A DNA stretch of 64,000 nt, taken from NCBI GenBank assembly GCA_036172245.1, contig JAYWIR010000014.1, positions 2,170,001-2,234,000 of the forward strand. The letters run 5' to 3'. Source of the stretch: Raillietiella orientalis (taxonomy: Eukaryota). The notes below the pieces were generated by a model that saw nothing but the letters and a program-made list of their open reading frames with translations, did not search any database and was not told the DNA's origin. The first letter of the stretch is position 1, and every line of letters begins with the position of its first letter. A program made the position numbers and the translations under genes. Shown here one piece after another: positions 39,556 through 51,479 of the stretch.

Positions 39556-41380
39556 CTAGGGAAGAACGAGCGAGCTGAAAACGGCAAGCAAGAAATGGGC
39601 GGCAATGAGAAGAATCCCTTGCGTACCCAATCTTTGCGCACTCTCGAATCTTTTAAACGGGTCTCGTGTCATGTCTGGATGGTGCATCTGGATGACCCGT
39701 TTGACACTTCCGCCCTCAAGCACTCGGTGCTGCTCGGTACTCATGCTCTCAGCCAGTGCAACAGAAGTGAGTCCCAGGAATCTTTCATTGACTCGGGGAG
39801 GAACTCCACTGTATCCAACTGCCAAACGGAAGGGAATCCAGCAAGCCTTCCTGTTGAAACCGCGGTAGCTGCACAATGGACAGTCCCGCTTTTGCACTCA
39901 AAGCAAAGCAAGGCATTTCGAACATGGCTGACTCGCACTTGAATGGCGCTACTTTTGCAAACTGCGCGCGCGTTGCCATGGAAACTGATTCTGAATTCGA
40001 GGATGAAACGCAGGTTTCGAAGTTGGCATTGATTCACGGCAAAAGAGGAACTCTGCGAGAACAATCATGGAGCTCCGGATGAGACTGATCATAGACGGAT
40101 AAAGCGCTGATCGAGGAATGTGTTCTTCCTGCGAAGAGGAATCGTTTACGGGAAATGGGATCGAGTTTCTCGATAATCAACGCGCCAACGAGAGACTTTA
40201 ACGAGAGACGATACGCTGGTCCTCGCGAAGAAGACAAGTGAAAAAAAAGAAAAAAGAAAAAACCGAGGTGATCCGCCCTCTAAGTTGAGATGTGAATCAG
40301 CAGAAGGTCTCCGACGCGCTTCGAAGTAGTTCGGGTGCTTGAAGAGAGACACGAAAGTTCAACGATGCATCTGATACTGCTCCACGCCAACCAAACCGTC
40401 GTGGGTTCGAGGCGGAGAGGGAGTGAATTGAAAACTGCAAGCTTTGGCCGTCAGCTGCAAACTCATCAGCTGCTGTGGTGTGGTCGAAGTGCGAAGATCC
40501 ACTGAGGAGATGGAAGAGCAATGCTGAAATTCCGCAGGTGTCGGCGAGCCGCTCTAGCCATGCAAGGTCGTAGAGGTCTTCGCATGCCGAGGCGACGACG
40601 ACTGTCTGGAGTTTTGTCCATATGCTGCCTGCTATCTAAGTACGCATCTTCTCTTGTCGAAGAACATTTCGTGAACGACCGCTATTCCTTTCCCCCGCAC
40701 GTTGCTCGGTGCCTCCCGCGCCGACCAACTTCTCTGGGAGGCAGTAGGCGCGTTGGTTCATCTCACCTACGGATTCCTCTTGATTGGTTCCGTAAAGAAC
40801 GAAAGCGGGATTTCGTGAAGCTCATCCTGCGCAACGACGAGGCGAATCAAAGAGACAGCCTTTGAGGGCGCGCGCACCGTCACTTCTGTGCGTGCTCAGT
40901 GGGCCGCTGCCTTCCTTCCCGTAGAAGCCCGCCGAAGGCCACGGGAGTTGAGGACAATGGAGAGCCTCTCGAGAGCCTCTGACAGCGCTACCGCGCACCC
41001 CTGCCCAAGAGATGGTTAGGGTTGTGCATCCCTGAGTTCCCTATCGCAGGAATCTACCGAAGCGAGGCGACGTCCCCGGGATGGCCAGTTTGCGCTCCGG
41101 GTCTTCGTCGGGGACCCCAAGCCATCCCGAGGATAAAGCACGGAGAAGTGGCGCGCACCCCGGGCGGCGAACGAGAGCCCTTCGTGGGGTGGCTCTCGAG
41201 GCTCCGAAATCCCACGAGAAAGGGAGCCGCTAGGGCATGTGAGAAGGAAACAGGCACTCCGAACGTCCCACTCTGGATGCTGAATATTTCAGGACGTCAG
41301 GGAAGCACTGCACGCATCCCTTTCGGGAACTCGGCAAGCTCCAGGAGAGCGAAACCCCCATATTAAGGTTCCCATCCATT
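39556..41380 (-). mobile_element. Degenerate Crypton-like tyrosine recombinase with N-terminal ZnF remnants, no SET (copy YR-B)
   Basis: YRLSLKSLVGALII...FAGRTHSSISALSVYD (GxRxxxIxNLTxxE), ILEFRISFHGNA...VSHVR (VxxHKTxxxGxA...YxxxVR), LTSVALAESMST...KRVIQMHHPDMTRDPF (TxxxLRKxxxT...LAxxMxHxxxTxxxxY). Confidence 0.6.
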
Positions 41381-41429
41381 TAGCAGATGGTTTTTGCCGT
41401 AGCACGAGATCCAGATGGATGCTGAATTA

Positions 41430-42230
41430 TTTCAGAGGTGCCGTCCATCAATATGCCGGAGGATTTCGGGGTGAATTCACGTCGAATGGCAGATTATCCC
41501 GTAATACACGATAATAGATGCGCAGAAGAGGAATCAATTACTCCAGGAGACGAAGGAAGGAGGAACAGATTCCCTACGGGATGCCATTTATGCAGGAGGA
41601 GAGGAAGAAAAGAGTGCGGATATTTCGGGAGCGAGGAAGGAAAGCAGCGGGAGTGCTTTCCAAAGAATCCCTGCTCTCCTTGCGAGGAGGGAGCAGCGGC
41701 GGAAAATACCAGGCAGGCCCGAGGCATCCCGAAGAGGCTGCTCAGGACGTCTCCACGCCAGGAAGAATCCATGAAGCATTGAAGCCTGAGAAGATCGAGG
41801 CTCGTCTTCAAGAATCATGACGACCAGAGATCCCCAGAGCTGCAGATGTTTCTCACGAGATGTTTGCTTCGTCCGAGGTCCCCCGGGCGAGATGCTGGAA
41901 CTCGCGTCCAAGTTCTCAGGAGCCAAGTAGCCAGCGAATCGGCACCAGCCACCTTCTTGCATGACATCATGTCCGAAGCTGCAGACAAGCAACGCGGCCT
42001 CTGAGAGAATTGTCTCCCGCGTTGCACTCCCTCCAACGAGGCCCAGAACTGCCTGAAGCTGTCGAAGATGCTTCGCTGTGGCCACTTGGAGTCCTAATGG
42101 TTGGTAAACGAAGGCATCTTCACATCTAACACGAGACTTTCTTGCAGGGTGTGCAACAAGCGAGGGCGCCCGTTGCGGCGGATGAGTGGCACAAGATGGT
42201 CTCTTGTGGGACCAGGAAGCAGCCACAGTA
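41430..42230 (+). mobile_element. Degenerate BEL/Pao gag
   Basis: PSINMPEDFGVNSRRMADY resembles LPxIxLPxFxGxxxxWxxF. GKYQAGPRHPEE resembles NYxxAxxxLxx. Knuckle SCRVCNKRG. Confidence 0.55.
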
Positions 42231-42244
42231 ACAAACAAACGCCA

Positions 42245-43010
42245 AATATTTTCCCTTCACCCTTTCTCATCTCTCTCTAACTCCTACCCATAACTCTTCC
42301 GTCTTATACACAGCAAGCACACCCCGCTCCTACTCCGCCTCATATTTACAATCTCGAATGGATTCCTCTGGGGGAATGACAAAGATAAATCTTCGTCCAG
42401 ACACCAATCTCCATCCACCTTGCTTCCAATGAAAATAATAAACACATTTGAATTCGCAATAATCGCATTTATTCTTCCGAAAATCTTTTTATTTGTGTCT
42501 TCTCTCTGATCATTCTTCCATGACAGATTAGGAATCGATCTACAATTCACCACCCAATCAAACTTACCCTGACCTTCCTCTCACACCTCTATACCATCCG
42601 CTATGGACATACCATTTCTCAACACTGTTCTTCGCTTGAGATCAGGCAATGATACCAACACATCACCTCGTCTTAATTTTTTTTTCCTCACGAACTGGTT
42701 TTGCTATTTTTTTTATACAATTACTATCAGAATTTTATTTATCGTTGTTCAAACCCTAGAATATTTTATACTTAGATTCCCCATTACAGACTTCACCTTT
42801 GGTCCTGCATCTTCCCTTTCTGCAAGATTCTACGGTCTTCTATAGCGTCATTTGCCTTACTCTCTCATTGCTACAAATTCTTACACTCTCTCTCACTCTC
42901 GTCACATAATTTATTATCTCTTCTTTGAACTTCCTCAATGATATTGGCAGTTCGTGGATGTTGCATTTCTTCCTCTTCCCATGCCTATGAGCATACTCTC
43001 TCAGTACGTA
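42245..43010 (+). pseudogene. cox3: NUMT: cytochrome c oxidase subunit III pseudogene
   Basis: In the invertebrate mitochondrial code: HPFSSLSNSYP (HPFHLVxxSPWP), AMIAFILPKIFLFVSSLWSFFHDS (GMILFIxSEVFFFxSFFWAFFHSS), IPFLNTVLRLSSG, VQTLEY, FELPQWYWQFVDV (FEAAAWYWHFVDV). Contains stops and frameshifts. Confidence 0.9.
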
Positions 43011-43174
43011 TAGCACAACTTGTAATCGTTAAGAAATAAAGAGTATTTCTCTCCGTATAGTATATTACCCCTCCAAGATAAAAATCTCAAGAACATTTGA
43101 GTTGAGCTTTTGCATACCATTATTACTATTAAGGGTATAATACACTCCCCTAACTCAAATTGCAATACCATACT

Positions 43175-43236
43175 ACTAAATTGTCTATTATTCTCCTAAG
43201 CGGTTTCAATGCTAGGAGAACAATAAGCAATTTAGT
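43175..43236. other. ~26-bp imperfect stem-loop in the AT-rich spacer of the NUMT (control-region-like)
   Basis: actaaattgtctattattctcctaagc (43175-43201) pairs with gctaggagaacaataagcaatttagt (43211-43236) with three mismatches and one bulge. Confidence 0.7.
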
Positions 43237-43380
43237 CTATTCGTATTGATTCTATGCATAAACTAAAATGGGTATGATTGTTATTACACTTATAAATAAA
43301 ATGATAGTATTTATTTTGCAAACAAAAATTTCTAATTTCTATGAAAACTAAGTAACACTCATAGCAATCAGTCAGTTAAT

Positions 43381-43435
43381 GAGATAACTTCAGGGACCTC
43401 TAATCCTTAACTATTGGTTTTACCAGTTTATTCCT
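43381..43435 (+). tRNA. trnS1: NUMT: D-armless mitochondrial tRNA-Ser(UCU)-like pseudogene
   Basis: Acceptor-like gagataa/ttattcc, anticodon arm aggga-ccTCTaa-tcctt, T-arm attgg-tttta-ccagt and no D arm, as expected for mitochondrial Ser(AGN). Confidence 0.5.
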
Positions 43436-43765
43436 TCTTCAAAGGAATTCTATTCCTTCTACCTTCCCTCTTAATTATTCTTATCCTCTCTCCATTAAAC
43501 CAGCTCCATCATTCAGCTCCACCAGCTGCTTCGTCCCCCTTCGAACGTGAATTCGATCCTAAAACCAATGCACGTTTCCCATTCACCATCCAATTCTTCT
43601 AAAGCGCTAATTTATTTTCTTAATCTTTGATACTGAACTAGCTATCATCCTTCCGTCTTCACACCCATTTTCCATAGCCATTTCATCATTGTCATTAATT
43701 CTATTCCTGATCTCGAGATTGAAATATGAATTACGTACCGGATCCATTTCATGAATATTCCCGAC
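43436..43765 (+). pseudogene. nad3: NUMT: NADH dehydrogenase subunit 3 pseudogene
   Basis: SPFEREFDPKTNARFPFTIQFF*...IFLIFDTELAIILP...YELRTGSISW (TGA=Trp) matches SPFECGFDP..ARLPFSxxFF...FLIFDVEIxLLLP...HEWxxGxLxW. Confidence 0.9.
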
Positions 43766-43829
43766 CACAGTTGGTTTCCACTTAACCTCTAACCCATATC
43801 TTCCTCAAATAGCTAATTACTGTTTGGAA

Positions 43830-45070
43830 TTCAATAATTATGATGAGTAATCAATCGTTCAATCTCCAACCGATTCCTAGAGGAATTAGTGAACATAGAA
43901 TTGAAAATTTTGCTCCTTTCAGATTCTAGGACTAACCCATCCCTACCCGAATTCAAGCCACCATTCATTGACCCACAAGTGAATTTCAACACACTTGGTA
44001 TTCGAAGATCTATCCTCACTACACTCAAACAGTTCAACTTAAACAGCAAATCGTAAAATATGCTATAAAATATTTTTTCTCTAACATATTATAAACAATG
44101 CTTCCCTGTCTAATCTTATTAACTAGCCGAACTTATCACACACCTTCTCACCCCATTTATCCCTTATCACCTAATTCCCTTATCCTACTAATTCGCATTA
44201 CACAATTCTTCACTATTAAAGCTCTCATTAACTTCAACCCCATAATTACCGCTATTACATTTCCCCAGACTTTCACCCTGAATCCTACTACCCCAACCAA
44301 CATTCAACCAGCAATCATTCTTATGGTCGCCATTTTTCTTTTCATAAGAGACGGTGGAAATCTGTCGATTTCCTCCACAATAATCACACCTCCCGCTATT
44401 GCCAAAAAGTTCAAAATTATTCATGAGGAGTAATGCACAACTCCCGTCTCGTTATTCCCTTCCATTTCTCTACCACCTTCTTTGACCACCCATCCTAGCA
44501 TTTGGTATCCCTAAATAACCTTGAATACCATTCTAAACTTGATCAACAAATTATCATTATAAACCACTTTCAAAAATGTGGATGCAGCCTCCCTATTCCC
44601 TGCAAATCTTGATTGCTATTGTACCCATGAATTACCAATCACGCAAGCAAAATTATCAGTTATTTGAATGCAGCGAGAGCCAACAAGTGACAGCAAACCA
44701 ATACCCCTTCCGGTTCATGGTGAATGCATTCCTGCGAATGCCCATGTAAAATCTAATGAATGGAGCCCCAACTCCATAAATATTGCATCCAATTGCTTCA
44801 ACGTTGAATACCCAATAACCTTCTCATAACTCCCGAATGTACCATCGTCACTACATCAGCGTACACTATAACATTATCCATTACCCCAACCACATCAAAG
44901 CGAATCATCAAATACACCTCTGCAGCTAATAAAGTAGGTGAAGAAACCAAAGCTGCTACCGGTATAGGTGCCTCTCTAGCTTCTGGTAGTCAAGCACTCA
45001 TTGGCAACTGCGCCCTCTTAGTCATTCTAATTAACGTAATACCACTCAAAAATACCAACCACTCAGCTCT
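43830..45070 (-). pseudogene. nad5: NUMT: NADH dehydrogenase subunit 5 pseudogene (5'-truncated)
   Basis: [43 protein letters not shown] (needs AGG/AGA=Ser and TGA=Trp), EKVIGYSTLKQL, VIHGYNSNQDLQGMG. Confidence 0.9.
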
Positions 45071-45099
45071 GAAAACATGTGATTTCAAGAGCCTTTCAG

Positions 45100-45800
45100 T
45101 AACATTCGTCCAGCACCCATCAACAAAATTCAATCCTCAAGACGACTGCTGGAAAATCTAATCCTACCTCAAGGTCGTGGTCGAAAGATCGCAATCCGTA
45201 GCATGATTCAGGATGAGAGGAAAACGGATAGCTGTGAGGAAGGAAGCAGTTACGCTACCTGGAGTCCGAGGCGCTGCTGTGGCCCCTAACCCAGTGGGGG
45301 GTTGGGGAAGTCACCCTGGAGCTGGTAGGAACGGATACGCTCAGCAAGCATCCCTGACTGTGGAATTCGCGAAAGGGAAAGCGTCCAGGTGTTCAGTCCG
45401 AGAATTCTCGCTACACACCTTCACCTGGATTCCTGCTGCCATGAGCAGCGCATGATCGTGTAACCCTCTCCTTGTTCTCCATACCTGTATTGATCAATAA
45501 AGCGGTTTCCAAGCAGGGCTGGCGTCATTTTCCTCTCTTCGAGAACCCGAGATGAGGATGCTTCGGTCACTGTATAATCCTCAAAAGTTTTCTTCTTAAG
45601 GTACTCAGGCCAAAAATAAGAACGCCAATGGAATGGTCCTTTGATGGAGCCATGTAGAATGAACGAAGTGCGCTTCTCTATGCTGAGAGAAAAAGCGACT
45701 GCAGCAAGAGATTCCGTGGGATGTTCCTGGCTTATCCGGAAGAGAAACATTCATCTCTGCTGCTTCCAAGAAAGGCAGTAATTTTTATTCCTTTCTCAAG
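45100..45800 (+). mobile_element. I-group-like LINE 3' end (RNase H and C-terminal Zn motif)
   Basis: VGGWGSHPGAGRNGYAQQAS resembles WVPSHxGIxGNExADxxA. VL*WSHVE*TKC resembles LTVxHIxxxC. Confidence 0.5.
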
Positions 45801-46179
45801 GTACTTCCGTGTTGAGAGAAGAGTAGCACTACCCACACATTGCACGTATTGTCGGTCTGGGCAGCCATGGGGAACCCGCGGTCTCGGGAGACCCTCAACA
45901 TTTTTTGTGCGACCCTTACGAGACTTTTATGGCACCTTAGTATTAGGATATTTTTTGAAATTTAAGCCACTCGGGAGATGATCGGTTGCTAATCGCTCAT
46001 CCCGAAACCTATCCTTTTCGTCTATCCCCTATGAAGAACGAACGGGAAGACTCTTTAGTTCCATAGTTTGTGAATATAATTGCTGCTTAACCAGAGGCCC
46101 ATTTTTCCCATCATATTTTATCTATTTTCCATCGAGGCCATTTCTTACACTGCAGATTCGAGCGAGCCAGCTCATCTGC

Positions 46180-47290
46180 TAGTTGGACTGGTGAAATGAA
46201 AGCCCTTTGAATACATTGCAAACGTGAGGATGCATTGTGTCGAGAACCGAGGCTCGCAACAGCGCGCTTCTTAAACGAGCATGCGGTCCATCGATGAAAA
46301 CAGATCCCCTATGTCTGATCTTCCGAGTTGTAGGTGAACACTCAGGTCTTTCTCGTTTTGTATCCAAAGCTCCGCACCATAGGGAATCGCACCAGGATGG
46401 AGCGCAGTCAGAGAACCCTCTTATCTGGTGGCATTTGTCTGCATCCTCTACTTTCTCGGAGGGCATTCATTTCTGACGGCCGGCCGTGAGACTCGGAGGA
46501 AATGACAACGCCGCTCTAAGCAGGTGGAGACAGATCTTGTCCACATAATCTGCCTTCACCTCTCCATGGCATTCTCCTCAGCTTCCCGGTAGGACTTCCG
46601 AGATAGGGCACCCCATCTTACCTCTCTCCTCATTGATCTAGAGCCATTGATTTTTTGCTGCTTCTCTGAAGAGGCCAGGTGCCCTTGGAAACCCGTTGCA
46701 TGCTTCCCTCTCTTTACACTGATGGCGGAGAGCAATTTGATCACGAGAACCTGGAAGTGGACGATGCTTCCTTTATTTTATTGCAGCAATGAAGGGCGTT
46801 AGAAGCACTTAAAAGGAGGCACTGAGTACAGGTATGAGGAGGAAGAATTGTCGAAGAAGAAACAACTCAAAACCGAAGTCTTCGAAAGAAATTCAGCTTT
46901 CAGACAAAACACCTTAGAAGACGCGGTCGCGAATAGAGGAGTTCCCACGTCGACACTGGCTCATTGCCTCTGTTCTTCGATACTCTTAGGCAAATGAATT
47001 TCCGCGAATGGTGTTGGGTACATCGACAGCGTACAAAACGGACGCCGTGGATTTCAAGGCGAGTGGCCTCCGTGTTCGCGCAGTGATCATGTTCTTAATG
47101 CGAACCGCGAATCTTAGGGAAAACTCGGGACCTCACCCTCCGCACTCTGAGAGCGCGAGCAATCCTCATAGGTCGCTAGGAACGGTGATTGGAGATTGCT
47201 CAGTAAATGGAATGGGAGAGAGATGTTCATTTGCTTCTCGCTGCTTGGTAGGCTGGCAAACTTGTTGATTCATTGCCTGATGCCATTATT
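46180..47290 (-). mobile_element. Degenerate BEL/Pao RT and RNase H
   Basis: PITVPSDL*...SLRFAV (AxxADIxKAF...LRFLW). QIRGFSDCAPSW...HARLRSALLRASV (ELHGFSDASxxAY...PRLELxAALLLAxL). Confidence 0.75.
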
Positions 47291-47519
47291 AAAACCATCC
47301 AATCTGCTTTCCTAGATATTCTCAGCTGCTGTCAATGCAGCAGAATAGAATTATATTGCCCTAACCTAACCTGACCTGAGCTAGCCATCTGAGTGTAGAG
47401 GAACTGTCCAAGCTATTTGGTTTGCAAAGTAGCCATTCTCCAGGTAGTTCTTTTTCAATATACATCGCCTATTGACAACACTAGAGAGTTTACAGAGACG
47501 TGAAACCTCTTCCAGTGAT

Positions 47520-48100
47520 CCTTTTACTCACTTGAGAGTTTCAGAAAGATGACACAAGAAAAGATGGAGCGTTCATCGATGGTGTGAAAAAAGCCTTCTG
47601 GAACCTCCCTGGAGGAAACAAGAGCGCTTCAGACCTTCCTTCTTCTGATGCTAGGCGGAATCGGCGATGGCACTGGTTCTGCCTGGCGTGACGCTTGCCT
47701 CCCGGCAGATGAGTATGAAAAGTTGGGCATTCCTTGTCCCTCATCCAGTCAGGTGCGTCTGCAAAGATTCTGTGGATTCAAAAGGAAGTTGTTACATGTT
47801 CTAAAATGACCGATGGAGGTTGTCGGAGAAGTGGGAAGGCTTGGACGATTCAGCTTCCCCTGCATGGCTTTCGTTCGAGTTTCTGCCAAGTTTCCCTCTT
47901 GAAGAGCTGCATAACCCAAGAGTTCGGTTTCCTTTGCCTTTCTACTTCCGTTTTCTGGATTTGAAGCATGGAATTCTAGAAGTGCAGAGGGAGCGACGCT
48001 GAAGAATTTTTAAATTGCAGACCTCCTGGGAGTCAAGACCACCTTGGAGATCTTTCTGTTTGCAGAGCTTAATAAGTATCACGTTCGCCTTTGAGTAGTG
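47520..48100 (-). mobile_element. LINE RT fragment
   Basis: IVQAFPLLRQPPSVILEHV (NYRPISLLxxxxKIxExI) and GRFQKAFFTPS (LDFxKAFDxV). Confidence 0.55.
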
Positions 48101-48199
48101 CTCATGGGTAAAATTATCCTTCTCGCATTTTGCCTTTGGTGTTCAAGAAATGCAAAAGAATGAGTGAATGTTGAATACGGAACACTCGACAACTCAAAA

Positions 48200-48850
48200 A
48201 TCCGTTAAGATCCAAGTCCCCTTCTCATAGTGCTGTCACTCGTTTCCTACTTCCCTTGGCCAATCAATCATAGAGTCCCTCTTTCCACCTGCTTGCTTCC
48301 TTCTTCCTTGATCTTGTTTCGGAATCCTCTCTTCGCCGATGGAACTACCCTGTGCCAACAGACAACACCGCCCAACTCTTATCGCCATATTCCTCACTGA
48401 GCGCCTTCTGGGCACCTTCCACGAAGCCCTCGCATCCTCTGGCGCTTCCTTCTCGCAAAAGCTGTGTGGGACTCGCATCCCTTAAAGAACCTAAAAAAAT
48501 CTTCAAAAAGAAGGGACAGGAGATCAAGAATTTGAGAGGTAAGAGTACAGAGGGATGAAACTACTCAAGTAGGTAAGGATGTACCTCAAATGGTGGTGAT
48601 AGAATTGTGAACAAGGAGCCCTAGTCTTTCTCCGGAGAATCTTTGGATGGTATTCGTTCATTCATTAGCAGCAGCTTCCATAAGGACCGCAGTTTCGTTG
48701 CCTCCATATCTCTTTTAGCGAACAATCATCTGAAAAGTTCTCTAAGGCCGGATAAAGATTTCTCATCCAAAACCGTGCAACCGCTTTGTCGTATGCTTCT
48801 TTTCTCTTTGCCTTCCGAGATCTGTTCAACCTGAGTAATCAACCGGAATC
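48200..48850 (-). mobile_element. Degenerate BEL/Pao gag fragment
   Basis: PPFEVHPYLLE*F (PxFxGxxxxxxxF) and KIFLGSLRDA...FVEGAQKALSEEYGD (KLxYLxxxL...YxxAxxxLxxxYG). Confidence 0.55.
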
Positions 48851-48899
48851 CCGAAACCGTTCTTCGATGCTTCTACGATACACAGGTATCATGTTCTCT

Positions 48900-49990
48900 T
48901 CCCGCCTACCATGAGCCTTTGATCCCTGCGTAAATGTGGTCTCTATAGAAACTAGGTAAGGGAATCCAACTGCGTTCTCTGAAGCGAATGGGAGGAGCCA
49001 TTCTCGGAACATCGGAGCCGCCGAGAGCCTCGAGCGCGAGGTCTACAAAGAATTCATCTGAGGGTGGATGGATGTTGTGGTCTTCCTGGAGACGACGCGC
49101 ATGATGGAGGCGGTAGTTGCTGCTGGAGACTGCAGCTTTCCGTTTTATGTTGCTTCCGCCGTCCTGGAGAGGTCGGCATCTGAAAAAGGTGCTTCCTGGA
49201 TGATAGTTTGATCCCTGAGGAGCACTTGAGCAAGCACGCAGAAAGAGGCATTCACTACATCCTGTTTGGCGAATCAGGCAAAGAAACACAGAGAAGAGAC
49301 AGGAGCAAACTGAACAGGAGGAAGAAGGGGAAAATTCGTCATTCCCTTGCGTTACGACTCACGCCCAGTTCCCGGGGTTAGCTCTAGGCAGAGACGTTGA
49401 AGAAGAGAAGCGTAGCACACAGGCAGGATGGCAGCCCCGCGCGCTGAAACTCCATGTTTCCTTCGGTAGCCCATCCTTACCCTGGAAACACAGAAGAGTC
49501 CACTCTGAGTTCATCCACAGGCGAGGTCACTTTACAATCAGCTAGTCAGGTCGCTGGAGAAGGAAGAACGAGGTGAGGTTGGGTCCCACACTTGGGAACC
49601 TTCCCAGTACCTTGCGCCTCTGCTCGTGGTGCTGCCGAAAGATTGCATTGTACGATACGCTTTCAGAAAACAGCATGCAGGGGCTGTATTGCACCGTTCC
49701 GATGCTTTTTCGAGGGAAGTGGCAACCCTGAAGCTTCCAGAATGATGAAAGAGCTCTAGAGAGCCTGATGAATCTTGCGTTCTAGCGGGAAGGCATCCGT
49801 TTATCCTCATTGCTTCGTTCGCTTCGCATCCTTCTCTTCATCTGCAGACCTCACATCCATTCGGTGCGCAGAGTGTCCTACCGTCCGAAACCTAAGAGAA
49901 GCGGAGCGGAAGGCCATCTCGCTTCTCCTCCCCGAGTACAAGATTCTCGCTAGTTAGCTTTTTGTGGCACGTTCGGAGGCTTGTAGTTCG
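48900..49990 (+). mobile_element. Gypsy RT and RNase H fragment
   Basis: CFLDDSLIPEEHLSKH (YLDDILIxxxxxxxH), SQYLAPLLVVLPKD (SxxxAPLxxLLxK), RNLREAERKAISLLLPEYKILA (RxLxxAExNYSxxEKExLA). Confidence 0.75.
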
Positions 49991-50219
49991 TTGAAAGGAT
50001 CATAGATGGCTCTTCTCCCCAGGAGGAAACTTGGCTTGAGTGAACTTGATTTCCCCCGAAAAGTCACCATTCTTTGTTTGGGCATCTTCCAGCATTTTGT
50101 TCCTCCTTTCAGGAGTTTGCTCCACATGCCTCTGATGCTCCCGTCTTTCAGTCCCAGGCAACTTTTGGCAGAGGAGTACCATCAGGTTTCGAAGGAGCTC
50201 CTCCCTGTCTGACGGCACC

Positions 50220-50790
50220 AGTAGTGTGCTAGCTGGCGGGTTACGCAACTTCACCTTGCAAAAATTCCAGAAACACATGTGGGAGAATGTAAAATGTGCT
50301 CAGGTCACCCTAGGGTACAATAGCATCCTAGGAGACGACCTGGTACTGGGTCTCATCGATATCGAGAATACTTTCGACTCAATGGATCATACCATGCTGC
50401 TCGGGATTTTTGAAAAAATAGGCTTCGCGGACAATTCCCAACTCACGTGAGATTCTTCCTGAAAGAAGCGAAACTCACAACGATATTCACCATCGGGATC
50501 CATGGCCTGGTATCACCGAATGCTCGGATGGGAAGAGACTCCCTGAGCGCGATGCAATTCGTTCTGTACATGGACACGATACCGTCCTACGTGTTGAGGA
50601 CTTCAGACCATCGACTCGCAAGCCGGATACACAGAAGGTTAGGGAGGGTACAGGGCAGGAAACAACCAATAATAAACAAAAGGGAAGGAGGAACAGGGGT
50701 CACCGGCCACACCCACCGCTTTTCCCGCAACCTGCGTGCGATGCAGGTGGCATCCTTCACTCTATTGGTCGACAAAGACCACTCTACGTG
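50220..50790 (+). mobile_element. CR1/L2-like LINE RT fragment
   Basis: LIDIENTFDSMDHTMLLGIFEKIGF (LDLSKAFDTVDHxILLxKLxxxG) and RDSLSAMQFVLYMDTIP (QGSxLGPxLFxLYxNDLP). Confidence 0.8.
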
Positions 50791-50799
50791 AAATTGAGA

Positions 50800-51460
50800 T
50801 TGTGGAGCTTCTTCCTTGCTGGTGCGCCTCCACGGTGTTCTGGGACTCTGTGGTCTTCTGACGCAACACAGGATCAAGCGATTGGGGAAGCAGGAGAAAA
50901 CCCTCTCTGAGTGAAACGGCATTGCAGAAGCTCTTCCGGGATGTCCTTGGGGTCGAAGTGGAGCAGCCGCGAGGCGCTTCCACACGCTCCGAAGTCCACC
51001 GAATCCCAGCAGCGTGTGCTTGGAATTTCATCTCCCTGAAGGAGAACACGAAACCGTCCAGGTAGAGAGCGGGGTTCACAATTCATTCCCGGAGTCGGAA
51101 CTTCCAGGTACGCTGAGCAACGGGGAAGCCCGTTAGCGCGGTCGCCGGGTGTCCCCGCGTCCTAGCCATCCCGTCATCCACTGCTCCACCAGTTTCATCG
51201 CTCCCTCAACGGAGCACGATATCGTCGACTATCGTTTATCTCCCGTAGGGAGGGAAAAGCTGAGATAAGAGGGTGACAGTGGCTCGAATTCATTTCTTCC
51301 CGTCTCTTCCCACTTCTTCCAGGGCGACTGCTCCCAGGTTGCGGATGGGACGAGTCAACTCAGTATCCGCGCACGTAATGAGCATACAGGTGCCAACTGC
51401 CTCCTGCCATCAAGCGTTGGAGCTTCAGGTTCCAGACCCAGGGACTGATGTATGAGGAGA
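50800..51460 (+). mobile_element. Gypsy RT-connection and RNase H fragment
   Basis: LHGVLGLCGLLTQH (LRxFLGLxGYYRxF), PWGRSGAAARRFHTLR (WxxxxxxAFxxLK), VTVARIH (FxVxTDH). Confidence 0.65.
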
Positions 51461-51479
51461 ACTCTTAAGTGTGTATTCC

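Noticed and set aside
43040..43175. tRNA-Gly and tRNA-Ala remnants in the NUMT spacer
   Set aside because: Anticodon-like triplets are present but no convincing cloverleaf could be folded.
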